Shown: positions 8,885 to 17,676, numbered from the stretch's first letter. The stretch: 64,000 bases of DNA from a virus (IMGVR_UViG_2913584337_000003:3126-67125), one strand, 5' to 3'. Numbers and translations are program-made. Notes: generated from the sequence alone by a model not told the origin.

Positions 8885-10099
8885 GTGCATAGCGTACTTA
8901 CCAAGGTTTTAGATATGATTGAAAGCCGAGATGACTTGAACTTTAACACAGTCGCTGGAATGATTGGATGTACTAAACAAGAACTTTCGAACATGAGGAC
9001 GAATGGGTGTAGCTTTAGAAAATTACTCAGACTATCTTATGTACTAACTCCCGAAAATCAAAAAGAGGTAATGTACGACTGGTGTATGAAATTAAACACT
9101 ACTGAGGCAATCAAACAAGGGTTTGAATACGCTTCAATCACACGAAATAAAAAGCTACTTCATGGCTTGCTTGAAACACACAAAGAGGACAGAGGGGAAC
9201 TTAGTAAGTACGTTGCAGTATATACAGTGTTACTCGATTTTTACAATAACAAAATATCGGCAGGAGACATCTTGGATAGGATAGAAAAAGTTGGAAAAAC
9301 AAAAGGAGAGTTATTGATCCTTGTGGAAATTATTAAGTGTTACAACTATTATTTCGCCGGTAAGTATCACTTAATGTTGGAGACAGCAAAAGAGGCAGAG
9401 AAATCAGTATACAAGCTAGGAAGTCGACAGCAATTCATCAAAGAGTGTTACATACACAGGCTTGCAGAGGTTCTAGGTCACGTTAGTCTTTTGTTAAACG
9501 ACAGAGAAACAGCTAGGTATTATGCAAATTTAATAATTAACGCAGATATTTGCGCGAAAACTGTTTCCGGCGCCTATTATATAGTGGGCATGACGTTCTT
9601 GAACGAGGGTTCTATAAAAGCAGTTGAATACCTTCGTACAAGATACGAAATTGCCTGCACAATCGGAGAGCAGGATATAGAGAGCAATGCTCGACGAGAT
9701 CTCGATTTCGCTAAAATTTACCTTAACATCCAACTAGATGCAGATGCTGATCCGTTACTCCGCAAACTACAAGAGCAAAAGGCAAGCGAATTCGAATTAA
9801 ACACGATAAAGGAGGCGACTTACTGCGAGGGAGATGACGATTTACTAATATTAATACGCGCAGCAGCGAAAAAATCGATTACGAAAATGAATGAATGTAG
9901 AAAGAAGTTTTTCAATGACGCTAAATATTTTTTCGCCAGTCTTGCGGCACAGGAGGTAAAGAACCTGGGCGAGCAATCAGCTATGATCGACGAGTTTATC
10001 GAATTTAAAATTAACACAAAAGGGGATGTTTTATTTGAAGAAAATTTTATTGGCAGTTTTACTAGTTATCACGATGGTGGTTGGACCCTTAGCGCTTAA
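8885..10099 (+). CDS. aimR: arbitrium receptor AimR (RRNPP/TPR family)
   Basis: ~400 aa helical protein with N-terminal HTH, WCMKLNTTEAIKQGFEYA segment, C-terminal KYFFASLAAQEVKNLGE; followed by a secreted pro-peptide gene; GTG 8885 with RBS AAGGGG. Confidence 0.85.
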   Translation: MHSVLTKVLDMIESRDDLNFNTVAGMIGCTKQELSNMRTNGCSFRKLLRLSYVLTPENQKEVMYDWCMKLNTTEAIKQGFEYASITRNKKLLHGLLETHKEDRGELSKYVAVYTVLLDFYNNKISAGDILDRIEKVGKTKGELLILVEIIKCYNYYFAGKYHLMLETAKEAEKSVYKLGSRQQFIKECYIHRLAEVLGHVSLLLNDRETARYYANLIINADICAKTVSGAYYIVGMTFLNEGSIKAVEYLRTRYEIACTIGEQDIESNARRDLDFAKIYLNIQLDADADPLLRKLQEQKASEFELNTIKEATYCEGDDDLLILIRAAAKKSITKMNECRKKFFNDAKYFFASLAAQEVKNLGEQSAMIDEFIEFKINTKGDVLFEENFIGSFTSYHDGGWTLSA

Positions 10100-10154
10100 T
10101 GCTGTAGCAGAAGAATCAGGGCCAGTCGCATTGCCGGAAAAAGTTGGCGGCTGA
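10035..10154 (+). CDS. aimP: arbitrium pro-peptide AimP (39 aa)
   Basis: RBS AGGGG, TTG start, MKKILLAVLLVITMVVGPLALNAVAEESGPVALPEKVGG*: Sec signal peptide plus short C-terminal peptide; overlaps the aimR 3' end; not in ORF track. Confidence 0.85.
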   Translation: MKKILLAVLLVITMVVGPLALNAVAEESGPVALPEKVGG

Positions 10155-10176
10155 TTAAGTTAATATGAAGTAGTAG

Positions 10177-10208
10177 GGCAGCCCGATTTAGCGGGTTGTC
10201 TTTTTTTT
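10177..10208 (+). terminator. rho-independent terminator after aimP
   Basis: GGCAGCCCG-ATTTAG-CGGGTTGTC followed by T8. Confidence 0.85.
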
Positions 10209-10212
10209 ATTT

Positions 10213-10291
10213 ATGTTCGCTGTAGTAAACAAAATATCAAAATTAAAAGTTTATTTACTTTGAACATATTCCCAATCGGACGTGCTATATT
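10213..10291 (+). promoter_or_regulatory. candidate AimR operator and activator-dependent promoter
   Basis: AGTAAA-N24-TTTACT inverted repeat (10224-10259) inside TATGTTC...GAACATA; extended -10 TGcTATATT with no well-spaced -35. Confidence 0.5.
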
Positions 10292-10328
10292 TTTATCAAC
10301 GGCAAAGAAAAATAAAATATATAAAAAG

Positions 10329-10359
10329 TGCGCGAAAATAAAAGCGCGCGCCTATTATA
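10329..10359 (+). promoter_or_regulatory. putative phage-specific promoter, copy 1
   Basis: TGCGCGA-N11-CGCGCCTATTATA, repeated at 23659. Confidence 0.55.
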
Positions 10360-10390
10360 TAGTGAAGCCGAAAACAAGGGAGCGATTAAA

Positions 10391-11011
10391 TTGAATAAAG
10401 ACGCACTAAACAGTCTGGTACTTCGCTACAAACGCGAACGCACTGACGAAATATTCAACGAAATTTACCGCGAGGTATCCGCAAGCTGGCGAAACCTCCA
10501 CACAGTCGGAAAGTCGGTAATGTCGGACGAATCTGAAATACTAGCAACATATGAAGACACGCTGCTAAAGTGCATTGAATTGTTTGACGAAAACAAGGGC
10601 GACTTTGAGCACATGTGGAACAGCTTCATTTGGCGAGAACGACGAGCCATCTACCGCAAGAAAAAACGGCTTTACTATTATGAGGTACCAGAAAGTTCTA
10701 GCGATAACGACGACGACGATTTCAGTTCATTTTTCAACAAAGTCCACGCAGAATTTAACACGGAAGAACTTGCGTTAGGAAAGAAAAAAGCCGATCAGCG
10801 GATGCTAATCGACTCTCTCCTGAACGGTGCGGATGAATCAACGACGGCAATCGTTGAAACATTCCTGGCTCACCCGAAACCCACAGCGACGGCAATCGCG
10901 AAGGAGCTCGGAGTTCACCATTCGAAAGTAATACGCGCATTAAATCGCCTGGCCGGCAAATTTAGTACCAAACAGTTCGGAGATTATCACGACTATTTGA
11001 TTGCGCTTTAA
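10391..11011 (+). CDS. phage sigma-factor-like transcription regulator
   Basis: Region-2-like LLKCIELFDENKGDFEHMW and C-terminal HTH TATAIAKELGVHHSKVIRAL; RBS AAGGGAG supports TTG 10391. Confidence 0.7.
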   Translation: MNKDALNSLVLRYKRERTDEIFNEIYREVSASWRNLHTVGKSVMSDESEILATYEDTLLKCIELFDENKGDFEHMWNSFIWRERRAIYRKKKRLYYYEVPESSSDNDDDDFSSFFNKVHAEFNTEELALGKKKADQRMLIDSLLNGADESTTAIVETFLAHPKPTATAIAKELGVHHSKVIRALNRLAGKFSTKQFGDYHDYLIAL

Positions 11012-11063
11012 TAAATTGAGAACGGTTTGGCACATAGGCATCGCGTCAAATCGTCTCACTCTA

Positions 11064-11092
11064 ATTATAACAACGCATACAGCAATTGTCAT
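11064..11092 (-). promoter_or_regulatory. sigmaA-like promoter pointing antisense to the sigma-like gene
   Basis: ATGACA-17-TATAAT with TGn extension on the minus strand. Confidence 0.6.
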
Positions 11093-11182
11093 TAGTAAGA
11101 TAATTACAGTATTGTTTCAACACTTTTAGTATAATACACGTTTTCAAAGCAAAACGCAACCAAAATCGGAGGGATTTACGAG

Positions 11183-11347
11183 ATGAAACGTAAAAATCGC
11201 CTTAATAGATATTATGCCCTACAATCCGAAATTAAAACGTCTTTTGAGCGACAAATTGAGCGTCTGCAACACGATCCGATTCGCCTTTGCGACGGGGCCA
11301 ACGAAAATATCAGCTTTCGTACTATCAAGGCGGTGCGGCTCGGATGA
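11183..11347 (+). CDS. small hypothetical protein (54 aa)
   Basis: RBS GGAGGG; MKRKNRLNRYYALQSEIK...KAVRLG*. Confidence 0.55.
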   Translation: MKRKNRLNRYYALQSEIKTSFERQIERLQHDPIRLCDGANENISFRTIKAVRLG

Positions 11348-11372
11348 CGACGAAAGCGGTAGGTGAAGCGGA

Positions 11373-11483
11373 ATGAGCGCTCAGGTCGTTAGCCTCAGCG
11401 AAGTGAAGAGGCGGAAGGTAATCGCTCAGTATCGGAAGTTTTACGGAACTGCCAACGAAGTCACACGCAAGGCGACGAAATGA
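11373..11483 (+). CDS. small basic hypothetical protein (36 aa)
   Basis: RBS AGGTGA; MSAQVVSLSEVKRRKVIAQYRKFYGTANEVTRKATK*. Confidence 0.45.
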   Translation: MSAQVVSLSEVKRRKVIAQYRKFYGTANEVTRKATK

Positions 11484-11504
11484 ATCTTTGACATAAGTTG
11501 TGCA
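11481..11504 (+). repeat. putative cassette recombination site B1
   Basis: TGAATCTTT-GACATA-AGTTGTGCA, closely resembles site C1; followed by RBS AAGGAGG. Confidence 0.55.
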
Positions 11505-11523
11505 GTAAGGAGGTAAGCAGGGA

Positions 11524-11703
11524 TTGAATGAATTAGAGAGGTACAAATTAGTTAAATTTTGCGTAATGGCTACATCGGTTATTCGCCGTATTGATATTGA
11601 CAATGTTGATGAGAAAAGATTTTTAAATATGTCGAGTGAAGAACTAACAAAAGAATCTGACAGGCTAGAATATTTATTGAAAAATGATGCACAGTTCGAG
11701 TAA
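11524..11703 (+). CDS. small AT-rich hypothetical protein (59 aa), cassette gene
   Basis: RBS AAGGAGG, TTG start, MNELERYKLVKFCVMATS...LLKNDAQFE*. Confidence 0.65.
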   Translation: MNELERYKLVKFCVMATSVIRRIDIDNVDEKRFLNMSSEELTKESDRLEYLLKNDAQFE

Positions 11704-11711
11704 ATGGCGAC
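11688..11711 (+). repeat. putative cassette recombination site B2
   Basis: TGCACAGTT-CGAGTA-AATGGCGAC overlapping the stop codon. Confidence 0.65.
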
Positions 11712-12200
11712 GCCAAGGCGAATTAATTTTCGCCCGTCCGCCGGAGAGTACGAAGACAGTCGTTAAGTAAATATGTCGCTAGGATGCCGCATAATAGCCG
11801 TTCTAGTATCGATTGTAGAGATTCGTACTTTGCGACGGGCGTGAGAGTTGCCGTAACTTTAAGGCGAATAGCTTGACGCCACTTGTGCCGACAAGGAGTT
11901 GCGGAAACGGACAACCAAGCGCGCTCGGTTTTGGGGCATCGTTGCCTAGCCAGCGGATTGACTCGAAATAAGCTACGAATAGTTGTTAGACGGTCATTCC
12001 GCGCCCGCTAGCGATTACTTACGAGGTGAGAAAGGTTACTCACACGCCGAGTGAACCCCGGCAGAAACCAGCAGACACGCAATTCGGTAGTTTAAGAGAT
12101 GAGGGAAGCTGAGCGCTCAGTGCCGACCCTCCGTAAGTAATCGCTAGCGGGCGCGGGAAGTATCCGGTGTTCGAAAAAAACTACAGGCGAAAGCCGAAAA
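11712..12200 (+). ncRNA. candidate large structured RNA or leader
   Basis: No convincing ORF; long interrupted hairpin 11731-11841; perfect 25-bp inverted repeat 11999-12023/12132-12156; many small hairpins. Confidence 0.5.
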
Positions 12201-12212
12201 GGGGACGATTTA

Positions 12213-13007
12213 ATGACGCAACAATATTCAGCAGGTGCAGACGCTTTATCCGCATTGAACGCAACTAACGAAGGTGGAGGCAGCGGGGCAGAATTCGCCA
12301 GCTTTAAATCCGGAACTTCCTATAAAGTGCGCGTACTAGGGACGGCGGACTTGATTCGCTTCTATAGTTACGGAATCTTTAAGAAGGTCAACTCGTTTGT
12401 CGCGAAGGATCCTTCCGTTAAAAATGCGCGGGGCTTTGCGGAATCAAACTTTACGCCATGGGATTTGGCTTCGAATTACTACTCAGACCTAAAGCGCAAG
12501 GCGGAAGACTCCGGTCAAACTGCGAAAGTCGAGGAGTACAAAGCGGAGGCGGGCAAGTATCGCGCCAAGGAACGATATGCTCTCGGATTCATTGACTTAG
12601 AAACGGGCGAGCCGATCATCGTTGACCTTTCGAAAAAACAGGCGCAAGGAGTACACGCAGTCATCAAGAAATACGAAAAGAAACTTAGCAAGCTGGCGTT
12701 CGAATTAAGCAAGAACGGAAGCAGTACGTCAACAGTCGTAAGCCTATCGCCAGTCATCGACATGGATGAAGACCTAACGGACAAGGAGCGCAAGAATTTC
12801 GCTAAGTATGCCGACAAGGAATTCGACATGGCGTTGTTTAACGGACTACTATTCGAAGCTGACGAAAAGCAGCAAATCGAAAACTTGGTCGCGGCTGGCT
12901 TCGATATTACGCTGATCGGATTGAGTATTGGCGGAGCGGCGACGCAGGCAGACGAAAGTGATGTCGAAATCGGAACGGTAGAAGATGCGCAGGAATTCGA
13001 ATTTTAG
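12213..13007 (+). CDS. phage single-stranded DNA-binding protein (putative)
   Basis: 264 aa, FASFKSGTSYKVRVL, acidic C-terminal tail ending EFEF, position before DNA polymerase. Confidence 0.6.
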   Translation: MTQQYSAGADALSALNATNEGGGSGAEFASFKSGTSYKVRVLGTADLIRFYSYGIFKKVNSFVAKDPSVKNARGFAESNFTPWDLASNYYSDLKRKAEDSGQTAKVEEYKAEAGKYRAKERYALGFIDLETGEPIIVDLSKKQAQGVHAVIKKYEKKLSKLAFELSKNGSSTSTVVSLSPVIDMDEDLTDKERKNFAKYADKEFDMALFNGLLFEADEKQQIENLVAAGFDITLIGLSIGGAATQADESDVEIGTVEDAQEFEF

Positions 13008-13018
13008 GAGGCGGTTAA

Positions 13019-13204
13019 ATGAAAAGATTTCATGCGTTTTTACTGGTATTGAACGTAATTTTAATGATAATTATCGCCACGCTGACGCTAATATTCACAG
13101 TGTTGTCTCTGGGAAGTTACGAGGCTGGGTATAAACTTGACGCCATATTTTACGCAATATGGGTGTTCATACTTATGTACACATGCAAGGAGGGCGCGAA
13201 ATGA
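13019..13204 (+). CDS. small membrane protein
   Basis: Two hydrophobic segments, RBS AGGAGG. Confidence 0.65.
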   Translation: MKRFHAFLLVLNVILMIIIATLTLIFTVLSLGSYEAGYKLDAIFYAIWVFILMYTCKEGAK

Positions 13205-13353
13205 AATTACTAAACTGGATTGCAGCGGTATGTTGGATGGCATTAGCGGCAGGAACGGCGGCAGGATATTTTGAAGCGAGCAACACAATGTCGTTTGTTG
13301 CCTATACTCTTCTATCAATAGTATTCGTGCAAGACGCATTGGAGGCGAACTAA
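13201..13353 (+). CDS. small membrane protein
   Basis: MKLLNWIAAVCWMALAAG..., RBS GGAGGG. Confidence 0.6.
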   Translation: MKLLNWIAAVCWMALAAGTAAGYFEASNTMSFVAYTLLSIVFVQDALEAN

Positions 13354-13751
13354 TGGCGCATGACACAGCGACAAAAGGCCGGCACGCCGAGCTCATCGCA
13401 GTCACCGCCCTGCTGGCGAACGGCTGGACGGTCATGGAGCCGACGGTGCCCGACGCGTTCGACCTGGGGATTACACGCCCGGGTTGGACGGAATTAAAAC
13501 GCGTACAGGTTAAATCGGCGAGGGCTCGCAATAAGGACGGCACGGATTGGATCGTAATCCACGGCGCCAAGAATAACGGCTCGGTATACTCTATGGATGA
13601 GGCGGACTATTTCATCGGAGTTCACGAAGGCGTGGCGTACATGTTCGAGAATCGCGAAATATGCGAGTACTGGGCAAAGCCGGCTGAGCTTAGCGCAAAG
13701 TGGACGAAGCTTGACGCAAGTATCGGAAATCTAAAATTGGGGGCGATTTAA
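13353..13751 (+). CDS. PD-(D/E)XK endonuclease (PDDEXK_5-like)
   Basis: KGRHAELIA ... FDLGI ... RVQVKSA ... ADYFIGV. Confidence 0.75.
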   Translation: MAHDTATKGRHAELIAVTALLANGWTVMEPTVPDAFDLGITRPGWTELKRVQVKSARARNKDGTDWIVIHGAKNNGSVYSMDEADYFIGVHEGVAYMFENREICEYWAKPAELSAKWTKLDASIGNLKLGAI

Positions 13752-13752
13752 T

Positions 13753-14553
13753 ATGGCGAAAATAACTGGCGTTAAAACAGTCGATATGGTTGGCGGAGAA
13801 ATTACGAAGGTGGCGTACGGGGGTGATGAATACGTAAAAGTCGATGGGCCCGCTGTTAAAGGCGATTTAGTATCTATTGTAAAAGCGTGGGGAGGTATTC
13901 CGGCAGGCGAGTTTTACAGCGTAGACCAAGTGACCGGTACTCGGGGCAGGGAATTCGTCTACATCGATGGTTCAGCTAACGGCTATCAATCTAGTGTGCA
14001 ACCGTTCCGTAAAGTCTCCGCCCAGTCAGCACCAGCCATCGAAGAACGAGTGGCTACGTTAGAGAAGCGGGTCGATGCGTTGGAGCCAGCGGAGGAGCCG
14101 TTGAAGGTCGGCGATTATGCGAAAATAGCTGACCACGTGTCCTACGACGGTTATGCGGGAGCAGGGGATATCGTGGAAATTCATAGTAACGTCGGAGGTT
14201 TCTACGATTTCAGAGTCGTTAAGGTATCTGATAAAAGCGACTACACACTATTTGATAGTCGCTCACTAGTCCGTGCAACCGACGAAGAAGTGGCGGAAGC
14301 CAAGGCGAAATTAGAATCTGAAAAGTGGGCGAAGATTGGACGTAAGCCGAACGAGTTTAAGGTGGGCGATATCGTGCGAGTTCTTGACGGATCTGACTCT
14401 TGGCTATCTGACGGAGACATTGGTGAAATAGCGCAAATTGATACTGACGACGTACCTTACCGTGTGAAGACCGCGGAGGTAACTGACAGTAACTGGCTAT
14501 GTGTCGAAGGTATCGAACTAATCACGCCAGTAGAAGCGCGTTTCGACCGCTAA
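13753..14553 (+). CDS. hypothetical protein with repeated SH3/KOW-like modules
   Basis: Repeated KVGD(Y/I)xx(I/V) motifs and a coiled coil. Confidence 0.7.
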   Translation: MAKITGVKTVDMVGGEITKVAYGGDEYVKVDGPAVKGDLVSIVKAWGGIPAGEFYSVDQVTGTRGREFVYIDGSANGYQSSVQPFRKVSAQSAPAIEERVATLEKRVDALEPAEEPLKVGDYAKIADHVSYDGYAGAGDIVEIHSNVGGFYDFRVVKVSDKSDYTLFDSRSLVRATDEEVAEAKAKLESEKWAKIGRKPNEFKVGDIVRVLDGSDSWLSDGDIGEIAQIDTDDVPYRVKTAEVTDSNWLCVEGIELITPVEARFDR

Positions 14554-14744
14554 TGCCTCCGATGATAGACATTTGCGCAAACTGTGACGCACCAATCAAC
14601 GCCGACAAGCGCGTTCTGTACGATGACCACGCCGAGCTACACTTTTGCGACGGTCAATGCTTTCGCGAGTGGGCGGAGGATAAGGGCGCCGAGAAGGTGC
14701 AGGCGTTTTATCGGCGGATGAATGTGCGCGAAGTTATCTACTAA
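14553..14744 (+). CDS. small zinc-finger-like protein
   Basis: CANC ... FCDGQC. Confidence 0.6.
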   Translation: MPPMIDICANCDAPINADKRVLYDDHAELHFCDGQCFREWAEDKGAEKVQAFYRRMNVREVIY

Positions 14745-14763
14745 ATTAATCGGAGGGATTGCG

Positions 14764-14982
14764 ATGACCAATATAGAAAAAGCGCTTTTGATTCTTGCGC
14801 TTGAAAATACGATTCAGAAACAGTTTGATGAGTCTCCATTACCTGATGAGGATATAGCGTTTGTTTCGTCTGTCGTCGATCGATATTACAACGGAGTCGA
14901 GACGGAAGAAGATGCGTTAAACGTAATCGAAGATATGACCGACCTTACGTTGAGCATATTGGCAGAGCTAAAAGCGGAATAG
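14764..14982 (+). CDS. hypothetical protein
   Basis: RBS GGAGGG before ATG 14764. Confidence 0.6.
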   Translation: MTNIEKALLILALENTIQKQFDESPLPDEDIAFVSSVVDRYYNGVETEEDALNVIEDMTDLTLSILAELKAE

Positions 14983-14996
14983 AAAGGCGGTGCAAT

Positions 14997-17174
14997 ATGA
15001 CGCCGAAACTAACGTTAAATATCAAGACGGACACAGGCGCGGCCGAGCGGTTAGCGGGCGCGGTTAAGAAAAAGAAAGCTGCAACGGAAACGGTTGAGGA
15101 TGCTTGGTTGCGAATACTTGCGATGAGTAACAGTGAATCGGAGCAAGCGAAGCTACTCGAAGTGAAAAACGGAATGGATGCGGGGCTGGTAGGCAGAGAG
15201 CCCGCTTCCGTTTCGAAAAGGTTTAGCAAGGCGGAGGCTTTGCGATTATACAAGCAACTGGCGGAAAGTCAGCGCGAGCAAAAACTGGCGGATTTGGTTG
15301 CGAAGACGCCGAGCAATTACGTATTAGTCGACTCCATTCAAAAGTTACACGAGATGAAGCAATATTTCTTACGTGTTGGCGATATAGACACCGAACTAAT
15401 CGCGTTTGACTGTGAAACTTTCGGCGAAGAAAAGGGGGCGCTAGACCCGTGGCGCGGCAACGTTGCGGGATTCTCAGTCTCCACTCGCAAAATGAACTTC
15501 TATGTCCCGTTAAATCATACAGAAAAGACGGGATTCAGCGATACTTTTGCGGTAAATGAGTTAAAAGGAATTCTTGAAAATACTCCGTTAATTATGCACA
15601 ATGCGCCTTTTGACTGTAAGTGGTTTGCGGTGAAGTACGGAGTAAATTTAATTGATACGCTGCACGCTGACACTCGTATTATGGCGATGGCACTCGATGA
15701 AAACCGTGACCACCGACTGAAAAACTTGCTGACCGATTGGCTGAAGAAGCCGAGTGATAATTTTGACGAGTTATTTCCAAACGTTCAGTTTAACGAAGTG
15801 CCCCTCGATGTTGCTCTTCCCTATGCGGCAGGTGATACCGAAAAGACACTCGCTTTATACGATTGGATTATGCGTCATTTAAATACGGATAAGCTAGCGG
15901 GCATTAAGCGCCTGCTATTTGAAGTAGAAATGCCAGTATGTCGCCAGTTTATTAAGTCTGATATTCGCGGAATTAAATTCGACGTAGAACACGCTGCCGA
16001 ACTTGACGCAAAGTTAGCGATTGAGGAAGCGGAATTACTTCGAAAAATAACGGAATTGTTTGGCGAAGAAATTAACGTAAATTCGCCGGCTCAGTTAAGT
16101 AAGAAGTTGTTCGTCGATTTAAAACTAACAGATCACGGAAAAGGCTCGACAAACAGCCGTTTCATTAAGAAGTTAAAACGTGAGCATCCGGTTATTCCGT
16201 TGCTTATCGAGTACAAGGAAATCGGAAAGCTTCGATCATCCTTTACGCAGAAGTTACCGAAGGACGTAAAACACGACGGCAAGATTCATCCTTGGCATAA
16301 TTCATGGGGAGCTGCGACGGGGAGATTCACTTGTAAGAATCCGAATACGCAACAGATACCGGCTAAACGACCGGAGATACGCCACTTATTCTTAACAACC
16401 GGACCTGACCGCGTTCTTGTATCGATTGACTATTCACAAATTGAGCTCCGAGTTCTGGCGCACATGGCGAACGAAACGATACTAATTGAAGCGTTCGAAA
16501 AAGGTCAGGATATTCACTCGACAACGGCAGCATTAATCAGCGGATATACCTACGAAGAAATCGAGGCGAATAAGGACATTGATGGCTCTCCGCATCAAAA
16601 GTACCGGAAGCAAGCGAAGATAGTAAACTTCGGGATTGTCTACGGCATGGGTGCGGGAAAACTCGCTGATACGCTAGAAATATCGAAGAAAGAAGCGCAG
16701 AAAATCATCGACGACTATTTCCGAGGTTATCCCGGAATTAAACGCTACATGGACGAACAGCACGCGAAAGTTATGAAACTCGGATTTGTTACGGATATAT
16801 TCGGGCGAAAGCGCCGATTGCATAACGAAGTGAAGTCGAAAGAGAGATTCCGAGTATTTGGGGCGCAAAGGCAAGCGGGCAACTTTCCGATCCAAGCCAG
16901 CGCTGGTTCAATATTGAAGAAGGCTATTGTCAACTTGCAAAGCGTGTTACCGAAATATGATTCGCACATATTACTTCAGGTTCACGATGAGCTCGTATTT
17001 GATTGTCCGCGAGATATAAAGCCGGAAGCGCTCGACGAAATAAGAACAACGATGGAGCAAGCGGTCAAGTTACTTGTGCCAGTTAGGTGCGACGTGGAAT
17101 TAAACCCTGAGAAATGGCTTGGAAAAGTAAATTACGAGGAGTGGTTTAATGATTATCGTAATGAAGAAGTTTAG
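14997..17174 (+). CDS. family A DNA polymerase with 3'-5' exonuclease domain
   Basis: Exo AFDCET, HNAPFD, YAAGD; motif A DYSQIELRVLAH; motif B RKQAKIVNFGIVYG; motif C QVHDEL. Confidence 0.95.
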   Translation: MTPKLTLNIKTDTGAAERLAGAVKKKKAATETVEDAWLRILAMSNSESEQAKLLEVKNGMDAGLVGREPASVSKRFSKAEALRLYKQLAESQREQKLADLVAKTPSNYVLVDSIQKLHEMKQYFLRVGDIDTELIAFDCETFGEEKGALDPWRGNVAGFSVSTRKMNFYVPLNHTEKTGFSDTFAVNELKGILENTPLIMHNAPFDCKWFAVKYGVNLIDTLHADTRIMAMALDENRDHRLKNLLTDWLKKPSDNFDELFPNVQFNEVPLDVALPYAAGDTEKTLALYDWIMRHLNTDKLAGIKRLLFEVEMPVCRQFIKSDIRGIKFDVEHAAELDAKLAIEEAELLRKITELFGEEINVNSPAQLSKKLFVDLKLTDHGKGSTNSRFIKKLKREHPVIPLLIEYKEIGKLRSSFTQKLPKDVKHDGKIHPWHNSWGAATGRFTCKNPNTQQIPAKRPEIRHLFLTTGPDRVLVSIDYSQIELRVLAHMANETILIEAFEKGQDIHSTTAALISGYTYEEIEANKDIDGSPHQKYRKQAKIVNFGIVYGMGAGKLADTLEISKKEAQKIIDDYFRGYPGIKRYMDEQHAKVMKLGFVTDIFGRKRRLHNEVKSKERFRVFGAQRQAGNFPIQASAGSILKKAIVNLQSVLPKYDSHILLQVHDELVFDCPRDIKPEALDEIRTTMEQAVKLLVPVRCDVELNPEKWLGKVNYEEWFNDYRNEEV

Positions 17175-17421
17175 CAAACCGAATTGCAGACCGTGCCAAG
17201 CCCTAGCGAATTATATTGGTGATATCGACTTATTCAACGTAGGTGCGACGCTAGAAAATATCGACATCAGCGAGCATCCGGAAGTCATCGATCAATACGG
17301 ACTAACATCGGTACCAGTCCTTATCTTTTTCCGCAACGGAGTCGAAGTTCATCGCATCAACGGCTTACGTCCGACCGAGGAAATCATTGACGCAATTGAA
17401 TTCGCAAAGGTGGTGCGCTAA
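17149..17421 (+). CDS. thioredoxin-like protein
   Basis: CRPC active site, SVPVLIFF. Confidence 0.85.
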   Translation: MIIVMKKFSKPNCRPCQALANYIGDIDLFNVGATLENIDISEHPEVIDQYGLTSVPVLIFFRNGVEVHRINGLRPTEEIIDAIEFAKVVR

Positions 17422-17676
17422 ATGGTCGAAGTTTATGAGATTGCTAATATCGAAAAGCATACCGAATTAGCTGAGGCGGATTCAGCAAGGATTGGACGCC
17501 GTTTTTATATCGGAGTATTAGCAGTGGGTTATCGTGCCCTATTACCGCACGTTGACGACGAGGGAAAGGTGTTACTAACTAGCGTTGTGGATTGCGTACT
17601 CGGCAAAGAAGGCGATAACGAAATAATATTCACCACGGTCAATTCGATATACACGCTTCGGAAGGTGGTGCGCTGA
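17422..17676 (+). CDS. hypothetical protein
   Basis: 84 aa, ends TTVNSIYTL; flanked by 13-bp direct repeat AAGGTGGTGCGCT. Confidence 0.65.
   Translation: MVEVYEIANIEKHTELAEADSARIGRRFYIGVLAVGYRALLPHVDDEGKVLLTSVVDCVLGKEGDNEIIFTTVNSIYTLRKVVR

Noticed and set aside
11999-12156. Retron msr-msd, RNase P RNA or tmRNA
   Set aside because: No reverse transcriptase in the window; only short chance matches (GTAATCGCT) to RNase P; no tRNA-like ends or tag ORF
13353-13751. Group I intron around the PD-(D/E)XK endonuclease
   Set aside because: The ORF abuts neighbouring genes on both sides; no interrupted gene or intron core
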